Assembly (NCBI GenBank): GCA_016180645.1
Contig: JACPAV010000013.1
Coordinates: forward strand, 1 to 64,000
Direction of reading: 5' to 3'
DNA from: Nitrospirota bacterium
GTDB lineage: Bacteria > JACPQY01
DNA length: 64,000 bases
Below are positions 29,800-37,281 of this stretch, in pieces (position 1 is the first letter of the stretch; each line of letters starts with the position of its first letter). The position numbers and the translations under genes are program-made. Below the pieces are notes generated by a model. It had not been told where the DNA came from. It did not search any database and saw only the letters and a list, made by a program, of their open reading frames with translations.

Positions 29800-30501
29800 C
29801 TACAGGAGCGAAACCCAGCGGCGGTAGACGATGTCGCCGATCGCCTGCAAAGCCGTCAGGTGTGTTTCGATGCCCTCCAGAATTCCTGCGGATGGAATTC
29901 CGGCCTCGGCCAGTTCGACCTCGAACGCGCGGGTCCATTCCCCAATCATGGGAGCCGTGACTTCCATGTGGAAAAGGAAACCGTAGGCGTTTCCGCCGTA
30001 TCGGAAAGCTTGGTGCGTCGTGAGGTCGGAGGACGCGAGTGAGACGGCCCCCTTCGGAAGCGTGAAAACGTCGCCGTGCCAGTGGAACCCCGTGAAGCTC
30101 GATGGAACGTCCATCCAGAGCGGGTCGGCGACCGCTTCGCCTGAGAGGGTCACGGGATACCATCCGATTTCCTTCTTCTTTCCTTTGCGAATGTCAGATC
30201 CAAGGGCCGAGGCGAGAAGTTGGCTCCCGAGGCAGGTGCCGAGAATCGGCTTGCGGCTCTTGAGGGCAGCCTGGATCAATCGGATTTCATCCGCCAGATG
30301 GGGGTACCGATCCTGCTCGTACACTCCCATGGGACCGCCCATGACGATCAGTCCGGATGCGTCGCCCAGATCGGCCGGCACCGGATCCCCCAGGAATACG
30401 CGCACGATCGTGGGGGATGCGGAAACGCTTTCGAGAGCGCCCGCGATTCGGCCCACCGGCTCCGGTTCAACGTGCTGAAGAACGAGGACGGATTTCGTCA
30501 T
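29800..30501 (-). CDS. Type 1 glutamine amidotransferase-like protein
   Basis: MGGPMGV, GTCLGSQ, HWHGD, FHME. Confidence 0.9.
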   Translation of the reverse strand: MTKSVLVLQHVEPEPVGRIAGALESVSASPTIVRVFLGDPVPADLGDASGLIVMGGPMGVYEQDRYPHLADEIRLIQAALKSRKPILGTCLGSQLLASALGSDIRKGKKKEIGWYPVTLSGEAVADPLWMDVPSSFTGFHWHGDVFTLPKGAVSLASSDLTTHQAFRYGGNAYGFLFHMEVTAPMIGEWTRAFEVELAEAGIPSAGILEGIETHLTALQAIGDIVYRRWVSLL

Positions 30502-30523
30502 TCGTGCCCCGCACACTCCCTTC

Positions 30524-30584
30524 GTGATCCGGCCATCGTGGCCGGCATCAAAGGTTGGGAGTGCGGCGAGCGTCATGCCCGCCG
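30524..30584 (-). mobile_element. Twin-hairpin element, family B; supplies the stop codon of the hemerythrin gene
   Basis: Closely matches 33849-33910. Confidence 0.75.
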
Positions 30585-31111
30585 CATGCGCAGTGGCATT
30601 GACCATGCCCGGTCGGCGCTTCAGCGGAGGGATCCACCTCCGCGGCCGAATGCATCCGTTCGAGAATGTCACGCTGGGCCTCGTCCGACATGTGCCGTTC
30701 CATAATGGGAAGATAGCCCTCTTCTTCCTTCCTAACGTGGAGTGTTACTACGGCCAGGAGTTGCAGGGCAAGGCGCGAAAGCCGTTCCCGCAGGACTGGG
30801 CGATCGACTTCCGGCGCGAGTGGAACGGTGCGGGCGATTTCGTCGATCTGCCGGATCGTGTTCTCGATCCATTGGTGATCCATCGACATCGTGGCCGTGG
30901 CATCCGCGTGATCCCGAAGAATGGGATTCAGCGCCGGGTAGAGGTGAAGTTCTTCGCCCTGGGCGTGCGGCAGGAGCTCCTCGTTGAGAAAGGCCGCCAG
31001 ATCTCTTGCGGCCCCCCCCTGGGCTCCGCTCAGCACATGGTCGGTGTATCCAGCCAGACTGTTCAAAAGGCTGCGGTGATGATTTCGAATGGCGTCGGTG
31101 GTGGTGCTCAT
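30548..31111 (-). CDS. Hemerythrin-domain protein
   Basis: HH, HAQGEE..LYP, DH, HVRKEE. Confidence 0.87.
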   Translation of the reverse strand: MSTTTDAIRNHHRSLLNSLAGYTDHVLSGAQGGAARDLAAFLNEELLPHAQGEELHLYPALNPILRDHADATATMSMDHQWIENTIRQIDEIARTVPLAPEVDRPVLRERLSRLALQLLAVVTLHVRKEEEGYLPIMERHMSDEAQRDILERMHSAAEVDPSAEAPTGHGQCHCACGGHDARRTPNL

Positions 31112-31122
31112 GGGTTATCTCC

Positions 31123-31434
31123 TTATTCGTTCCAGCCCAATTGCTGTCGGGCGATCGGCGACATCATCATGGGGTTCCAGGGCGGGTCCCAGACCAGGTC
31201 GACGCTGATCTCCGGGGATCCCGGCACATTCGCTTCGATGGCGTTTCGAGCCATTTCGAGCAGATGCGTTCCCATGGGGCAGCCCGGCGCGGTTACCGTC
31301 ATCTGCACGTGCACTCGGTCCGCATCCGCCTCGATGTGGTACACGAGGCCGAGGTCGACGATGTTGACCCCCAGTTCGGGATCGACGACGTGGCTGAGGG
31401 CGCCCATCACTTCCTCTTTGATGTCCTTTTCCAT
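31123..31434 (-). CDS. DUF59 / SufT-like Fe-S assembly factor
   Basis: VVDPELGVNIVDLGLVY, TAPGCP, VWDPPW. Confidence 0.92.
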   Translation of the reverse strand: MEKDIKEEVMGALSHVVDPELGVNIVDLGLVYHIEADADRVHVQMTVTAPGCPMGTHLLEMARNAIEANVPGSPEISVDLVWDPPWNPMMMSPIARQQLGWNE

Positions 31435-31436
31435 GA

Positions 31437-32132
31437 TCAGTAAGCCCGCATCCGATGGACCAAGTCATCGCGTTCGCCTTGGGAGAGCGATTGGTCGGAC
31501 ATCGGATAAAGGATCTGCTCTTCCTTGCGATTGTGTCCGGTCAGGATCTCGACCAATTCGTCGGCCGGGCCGGCGATCTTCGATGCTGCAATCGGCGCAT
31601 CGTTCGAAGAAAGCGCCGATTCAATTTCGGCCATGCAGCTTTGGATCCCGCGGTGCTCCTGGCGCATAACGGCGGTGGGTCCGGCAGCGTGCATCCCCGT
31701 GCGCTCCTCGAAGATCGGGAACAGGATTTCCTCCTCGATGCGGATGTGTCGACGGAGCCCCAGCGCGAATTCGGAGAATCGGGCGCGTCCCTCGTTGAGT
31801 TGGCTCTTTTCCACATGATCGCGAAAGGCTGCCCAAAGTACATCCAGGCGTCGATGATCCCTTTGGAGCAAGTCGGTGATCGAAGCGGGCGCCGTTCGGC
31901 CGCGCTTGGCGATCAGGACGCGCCAGATCGCGGGACCCTGTTCGAGGGGCCACCATTCGAACCCATCGCGGCGTTCGAAGTGGAATTGGTGCAAGAGCGG
32001 CACGGGGTTGTGGTCGTTGACGAGCTCGAAGGCTCCGTCCGGGGGCAAATCGTCGAACGTTGTGAAGATTCGGGGGTGGCGCTCCCGAGGGGGGATGGCG
32101 CGCACGTCCATGATCGATCCGTTGTTGTTCAT
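31437..32132 (-). CDS. DUF2249 + hemerythrin domain protein
   Basis: DVRAIPPRERH..NDHNP..GP.IWRV, then DH, HIRIEE, EH, HNRKEE. Confidence 0.87.
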   Translation of the reverse strand: MNNNGSIMDVRAIPPRERHPRIFTTFDDLPPDGAFELVNDHNPVPLLHQFHFERRDGFEWWPLEQGPAIWRVLIAKRGRTAPASITDLLQRDHRRLDVLWAAFRDHVEKSQLNEGRARFSEFALGLRRHIRIEEEILFPIFEERTGMHAAGPTAVMRQEHRGIQSCMAEIESALSSNDAPIAASKIAGPADELVEILTGHNRKEEQILYPMSDQSLSQGERDDLVHRMRAY

Positions 32133-32614
32133 GAGACCTCCTTTTGAAGTGGATCAGCCGAGCGTGGATGCGTGGGTGACCGGTCAACCCGAAGCATGGC
32201 GGAGAGGGCCTTCCGACGACGCAAGACGTCCTCCAGAGTGTACCCGTCGAGCACGGCGTAGAAACTGGAGAGGGCCTTGCCGATGGCTTGTTTCAGAGAG
32301 CAGACGGGATCGATCCGACAGGTGTTGGAGGCGAGGTCGAAGCACTCGACGAGCGTCCAATTTTCCTCCGTCTTTCGAACGACCTCGCCAAGCCGAATGT
32401 CGGCGGCCGCCCTGGAAAGTCGAATGCCCCCGCCGCGACCCCGGAGTGTATCCACATATCCGAATTGTCCCAGTCGGTGGACCACTTTCATCAAGTGATT
32501 CCGCGAAATACCGTAACTCCGGGCGATCTCCCGGATGGTGGACGGATGATCCCCGCGGAGCCCGAGGTAGATCAGGACCCGAAGCGAGTAGTCCGTGTAC
32601 TGTGTCAGTCGCAT
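32129..32614 (-). CDS. nsrR: Rrf2-family NO-sensing repressor
   Basis: MRLTQYTDYSLR, SRNHLMKVV, RGRGGG, C-x7-C-x5-C. Confidence 0.85.
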   Translation of the reverse strand: MRLTQYTDYSLRVLIYLGLRGDHPSTIREIARSYGISRNHLMKVVHRLGQFGYVDTLRGRGGGIRLSRAAADIRLGEVVRKTEENWTLVECFDLASNTCRIDPVCSLKQAIGKALSSFYAVLDGYTLEDVLRRRKALSAMLRVDRSPTHPRSADPLQKEVS

Positions 32615-32633
32615 GTGTGAGCCGTCTCCGCTA

Positions 32634-32656
32634 AAGATGTACACAATATACATCTT
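32634..32656. promoter_or_regulatory. NsrR operator overlapping the -10 region of the nsrR promoter
   Basis: 23-bp dyad AAGATGTACAC-A-ATATACATCTT; minus-strand TTGACA at 32672-32667. Confidence 0.85.
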
Positions 32657-32690
32657 TATGGCTTCTTGTCAAGAGGCTGCGGCCATGGAG

Positions 32691-32814
32691 GTAGGCGCAC
32701 CCCCATGCCAAGGACGGTATGGGGCCATGAGATGTTGCCGTGCCACGGATGGCACGGCATGTAACATGGCCTTTACGGGTGCGTCCGCAGACGCGGGCTA
32801 AAGCCCGCGGCTAC
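32691..32814. repeat. GTAG-type REP doublet, interrupted by a 69-nt element
   Basis: GTAGGCGCACCC..TTTACGGGTGCG..CGCGGGCTAAAGCCCGCGGCTAC. Confidence 0.82.
32703..32771 (+). mobile_element. 69-nt twin GGA-hairpin element, family A
   Basis: Removal restores CGCACCC-TTTAC-GGGTGCG. Confidence 0.82.
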
Positions 32815-32835
32815 CTGGCCAAACGTGGCGAGGGC

Positions 32836-34296
32836 CTACGCGTTCCAGCGGCCGAGGGCGTCGTACGCCGCGTACTTGTACGCGTCGCAGAGTGTCGGGT
32901 AGTTGAACACGGAGGCGATGAAGAAATCGACGGTCCCTTGGAACATCAGGCAGGAGACGCCGACGTGCACGACCTCGGCCGCGTTCTCGCCCAGGATGTG
33001 AACGCCGAGGAGCTTGCGGGAGTCCCGGTCGAAGATCAGCTTGAGGAATCCGTCCGTCCCGGCGATCTGGCCCCTGGGGTTGTTGCTGAATGCGACGCGA
33101 CCCGTGACCGGCGCCCGGCCCTTCTTCCCTGCCTCTTCTTCCGACAGGCCGGCGCACGAGACCTCGGGAATGGTGTAGATGCCATAGGGGAGGACGGGGG
33201 AGACGCGGTCCTTGTACTTCAAGTCAAAGGCGTGGCACATGGCCACGCGCCCTTGTTCCATGGACGTGGACGCGAGGGCGGGGAAGCCGATGACGTCTCC
33301 GGCGGCGTAGATGTGAGGAACGGTCGTCTGGAAATGTTCATTCACGGCGAGCTGCCCTCTCGAATCGGCCCGGATGCCGAGCTTATCCAGCCCGAGTTCG
33401 TGCGTAACGCCGGACCGTCCGGCGGCGAACAGAAGTTTGTCGGAGGCGATGGACCGTCCGTCTTCAAGGGTGGTGACAACGCCGCGGGCCGGGTCGCGCC
33501 CAACACTCTTGACCTTCGCGTTGAAGACGATGTCGATGTGGAGGCGTTGCTTCATGCTTTCACTCAGGCCGTTAGCCACATCTCCGTCGAGAAACGGCAG
33601 GAGCCGATCCCGGCCGTCCACAAGGGTCACGTGGGCGCCGAGCGCGGCGAAGAGGCAGGCGTACTCGCACCCGATCACGCCCCCGCCGATCACGGTCAGG
33701 CTTTTCGGTATGGCGTCGAGCTGGAGAATCGTATCGCTGTCGTAGATGTGGGTGTCGTCGAACGCGATATTGTCCGGGCGGTGAGGGCGGGAGCCGGTGG
33801 CGATCAGGATGACGTCGCCTCGAATCGCTCGTCCGCCGCGCTCCCTCGGTGATCCGGCCATCCTGGCCGGTATCGAAGGTTGGGAGTACGGCGAAGCGTC
33901 CTGCCCGCCGTTGATTTCGGACACGCGCAGGGTGTGGGCGTCCTCGAACACCGCCGCCCCGGCCACGCGCTCGATCTTGTGGCGTGCGATGTTACGGTCG
34001 ATCTGCTCGCGCTGCACGCGCTGGATCTCGTCCTTTCGATGCATGAGGTCCTGCACCGTTACGCCGTCCTTGATCTTCCAGTCGACGTGATAGATCTCCC
34101 GCGCCTTCAGCCCCGAGAAAAAAATCGCGCTTTCGCGGAGAGTCTTGCTGGGGAGCGTGCCCGTATTGACACAGGCGCCGCCGAAATACGGCTCCTTCTC
34201 GATGATCGCAACTTTCTTTCCGAAATAGGCGGCCTGGGCGGCTCCCTTCTCCCCGGCCGGCCCGCCACCGATGACAACCAGATCAAAAGAATCCAC
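32836..34296 (-). CDS. sthA: Soluble pyridine nucleotide transhydrogenase, with a 24-aa insert
   Basis: GGGPAG, GGACVNTGTLPSKTLRE, GDVIGFPALASTSMEQGR, FNYPTL. Confidence 0.92.
   Translation of the reverse strand: MDSFDLVVIGGGPAGEKGAAQAAYFGKKVAIIEKEPYFGGACVNTGTLPSKTLRESAIFFSGLKAREIYHVDWKIKDGVTVQDLMHRKDEIQRVQREQIDRNIARHKIERVAGAAVFEDAHTLRVSEINGGQDASPYSQPSIPARMAGSPRERGGRAIRGDVILIATGSRPHRPDNIAFDDTHIYDSDTILQLDAIPKSLTVIGGGVIGCEYACLFAALGAHVTLVDGRDRLLPFLDGDVANGLSESMKQRLHIDIVFNAKVKSVGRDPARGVVTTLEDGRSIASDKLLFAAGRSGVTHELGLDKLGIRADSRGQLAVNEHFQTTVPHIYAAGDVIGFPALASTSMEQGRVAMCHAFDLKYKDRVSPVLPYGIYTIPEVSCAGLSEEEAGKKGRAPVTGRVAFSNNPRGQIAGTDGFLKLIFDRDSRKLLGVHILGENAAEVVHVGVSCLMFQGTVDFFIASVFNYPTLCDAYKYAAYDALGRWNA
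33839..33910 (-). mobile_element. 72-nt twin GGA-hairpin element, family B, in frame in sthA
   Basis: CCGCCG direct repeat at 33833 and 33905; AGGAC and AGGAT loops on the minus strand. Confidence 0.78.
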
Positions 34297-34342
34297 GTGT
34301 GCGATTCTGGATGGCCCAAATCATGAAGTCAACTTCCATCGA

Positions 34343-34482
34343 GGCCATGTTCCATGCCGCACCATCCTGGGCGCGGCGACATACGTGGCCCAGGAGGGCC
34401 TGGTACTGCGAGTGGAGGCAGCGCCAGGACGGCGCTGCACATGACCGCTGTATCATGGCCCCGTACCCTCCATGGCACGGGG
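34343..34482 (-). mobile_element. Family A element carrying a second, unrelated 69-nt element (34384-34452, opposite orientation)
   Basis: Family A halves separated by 69 nt with TA duplicated; inner loops CAGGAG and AGGAC. Confidence 0.75.
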
Positions 34483-34619
34483 TTCGGCATCGGCTCCGGT
34501 GCTGTCAGATTTGATACTGTGGCGGAGGCGAACCGTCTACCGGCATCCTGTCTGAATTATTTTGTAATTTCAGGTAAGTCTCTTGCGGGCTTGGCCTCGG
34601 AGTTGCGCGTTAGCGGCGC

Positions 34620-35996
34620 GTGACGCCCCAAATCGCTCTCGTATTGATCAGTGCCGTCAACCCTTTTGCGGGGACGACCGGGCTTGGGGCGGCGGACTAC
34701 CTCAACCCTGCCTTGACCATTTCCGAGGAAATCCAGGATCGCCATCTCCCGACCGACACGGTGGCCGATCCGATTTTCGACTCCCCGGAGGGCTGGACGA
34801 TTACCGGGTATCGCCGATTTGCCGACTCCGCGATCTGGTCTGGCCACGCCCTGGCAGCGGAAGCGTATCGATATGCCGTCACGAAGAGTCCCGAAGCAAA
34901 GGCGAACGTCACGAGGATCCTCCATGGCGTGACGCGGCTCATTCACGTTTCCGGAAAGCCCGGCCTGCTCGCGCGATTCGCCTGGCCGGTCGGGGACGCC
35001 GCGATGACCGAGAATGTGAAGCGGGAAGAGGGGGACCCGATCTTCACCGGGAGCTTTGAAGGCCAATCCTACAACTGGCTCGACAACGTGAGCCGCGATC
35101 AATACTCCGGCGTGATGTTCGGCCTCGGTGTGGCGTACGAACTTCTGGACGACCCGGCCATGAAAGACGAAATCCGAAAGGACGCCTCCGCCGTGGTGGA
35201 TTTCCTTTCGAGCAATTTGTGGAACGTCGTTCATCCGGACGGCCATATCAGCACGACGTTCATCGGCCGGAACGATCAGATCCTCTCGTTTCTCCAAGTA
35301 GGGAAGCTCGTGGACACGGCGCGATTCGGGAAGTCTTATAACACGCAGGCGGCGCTCTGGTCGGGCACGGTCGAAACGCCGATCGTCTTCGAGCTGATCG
35401 ACAAGCACAAGTCGTACTACAAGTTCAACCTCGACCACATCAATCTCTTCAACTTGACGCGCCTGGAAAAAGATTCGGGGCTCCGTGGAAAGTATCTCAG
35501 TGCGTTCATGAAGCTGCGTGACGGTCTCCGTGATCATCCGAATGCTCACTTCCTTGCGATGGAAATGGGTGTCACCGGGAACACGGCGTACTCCGACTCC
35601 ATTCGCGGCTATCTGGGTGAGTGGCTGGAAAGGCCGCGGCGCGATGTATGGGTGCAGAACAGCGCGCGAACAGACCTAGCCATTTCGGGTGGACGCGCCG
35701 TGGATCCGCTGCCCGTACCCGAGCAGTGCACCACCGATTTCCTCTGGCAACGCAGCCCAACCATCCTCGATTGCGGCGGCGACGGCCGCGTGGAGGGTCC
35801 GGGCCTCGACTACACCCTCCCGTACTGGATGACGCGGTACTACACGGAGAAGACTTCTTCGTCACCTCCTCCTCCGGCCGGTGACGGGAACGCCGGTGGC
35901 TGCGTACACTTTCCAGGCTCCAACGGTTCGTTCAGCGAGCTGCTCGTATTAGTGCTCGTGGCATTCTCCTTCCTTCTGAGAACTCGAATCGCCTGA
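34620..35996 (+). CDS. Secreted helical (alpha/alpha toroid-like) protein with a C-terminal GGC-TM-basic tail
   Basis: Signal peptide, DSAIWSG, SRDQYSG, DYTLPYW; Ser/Pro linker then GGC..LLVLVLVAFSFLLRTR. Confidence 0.7.
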   Translation: MTPQIALVLISAVNPFAGTTGLGAADYLNPALTISEEIQDRHLPTDTVADPIFDSPEGWTITGYRRFADSAIWSGHALAAEAYRYAVTKSPEAKANVTRILHGVTRLIHVSGKPGLLARFAWPVGDAAMTENVKREEGDPIFTGSFEGQSYNWLDNVSRDQYSGVMFGLGVAYELLDDPAMKDEIRKDASAVVDFLSSNLWNVVHPDGHISTTFIGRNDQILSFLQVGKLVDTARFGKSYNTQAALWSGTVETPIVFELIDKHKSYYKFNLDHINLFNLTRLEKDSGLRGKYLSAFMKLRDGLRDHPNAHFLAMEMGVTGNTAYSDSIRGYLGEWLERPRRDVWVQNSARTDLAISGGRAVDPLPVPEQCTTDFLWQRSPTILDCGGDGRVEGPGLDYTLPYWMTRYYTEKTSSSPPPPAGDGNAGGCVHFPGSNGSFSELLVLVLVAFSFLLRTRIA

Positions 35997-36046
35997 CCCT
36001 CGGTTCTCCCCTTGCCAACCGCCAACGGCCTGCGCATGATGGGGGC

Positions 36047-37234
36047 GTGATCGGATACCTGAGAAGTCCCCAACGGTTCGCGTGGGTCGCTTCCCTGACC
36101 GTCATCCCTTCGCTGGCGGTTCTCTGCGGCGGAAAGAGCGAGAAGGGTACACCCGTCACAACGGCGGGCAAGGGAAGCGGCGAATCTGCCGTGCGCGTGG
36201 AGACGCTCATCACGGGGCTGGAAATCCCTTGGGAAATCGAATTCGCTCAGGATGGACGCGCGTTCATCACCGAGAGGCCGGGGCGCGTGAAAATCTTCGA
36301 CATGGCCTTCTCGCCGCTCGCCACCCAATCCATTCCCGGTGTGAAGGCCGTCGGCGAAGGTGGACTTCTGGGCATGGCTCTCCATCCGAAGTTCGCCGAG
36401 AACCACTGGGTGTATCTCTACCTCACTTACGAGGGGCCGGACGAAAAGATATTCAATCGCGTCGTGCGGTTTGTGGAATCGGGAAACGCGCTCGAACCCG
36501 AAAGTGGAGATACGCCCAAGGTGATCTTCGATGCGATGCCCGGCAGCGGGGTCCACAACGGGGGACGCATCAAGTTCGGTCCCGATGGGAAACTGTACAT
36601 AGCGGCAGGAGACTCGGCCAGGAAGGAGCTGGCGCAGGACCTCACCTCGCTTGCGGGGAAGATTCACAGAATCAACGACGACGGCACAATTCCGGCCGAC
36701 AACCCGTTCCCCGATTCCAGTATCTGGTCGTACGGTCACCGGAACCCCCAGGGACTGACATGGGATTCGAAGGGCCGAATGTATGAGGCTGAACACGGCC
36801 CATCAGGATTCGACGGTCCCGGTGGCTACGACGAGGCCAATGCGATCCGGTCCGGCAAGAACTACGGCTGGCCGAAATACGGAGAAACGGGCAATCCGGC
36901 CCTGGTCGATCCGCTTTTCCTGTCGATCGATGCGGTGGCGCCATCTGGGTGCGTCCTGTACACCGGTGACCGAATCCCGTCATGGAAGGGCAACTTGTTC
37001 CTCGCCATGCTGAGGGGGCAACATCTCCGCCGTGTGGTTCTCGAACCCTCAGACCCCACGCGCCGCAAGTCGGATGAGATCCTTTTTAATCGCGAATTCG
37101 GCAGGCTTCGAGATATCGTCCAAGGACCGGACGGCCTCATCTACATCCTCACGAGTAACCGCGACGGCCGAGCGCAGACCCCATTTCCGACGGCCGAGGA
37201 CGACCGTCTCCTTCGGATAGGCGCCTCGGAATAG
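36047..37234 (+). CDS. PQQ-dependent soluble sugar dehydrogenase (GSDH family)
   Basis: GEGGLLG, HNGGRIKFGPDG, GHRNPQG, NYGWP, GRLRD. Confidence 0.9.
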   Translation: MIGYLRSPQRFAWVASLTVIPSLAVLCGGKSEKGTPVTTAGKGSGESAVRVETLITGLEIPWEIEFAQDGRAFITERPGRVKIFDMAFSPLATQSIPGVKAVGEGGLLGMALHPKFAENHWVYLYLTYEGPDEKIFNRVVRFVESGNALEPESGDTPKVIFDAMPGSGVHNGGRIKFGPDGKLYIAAGDSARKELAQDLTSLAGKIHRINDDGTIPADNPFPDSSIWSYGHRNPQGLTWDSKGRMYEAEHGPSGFDGPGGYDEANAIRSGKNYGWPKYGETGNPALVDPLFLSIDAVAPSGCVLYTGDRIPSWKGNLFLAMLRGQHLRRVVLEPSDPTRRKSDEILFNREFGRLRDIVQGPDGLIYILTSNRDGRAQTPFPTAEDDRLLRIGASE

Positions 37235-37281
37235 GCCCAACCCGATTGGCCCAGCCGGGCGTGATCTGCTACCATGCGAGG

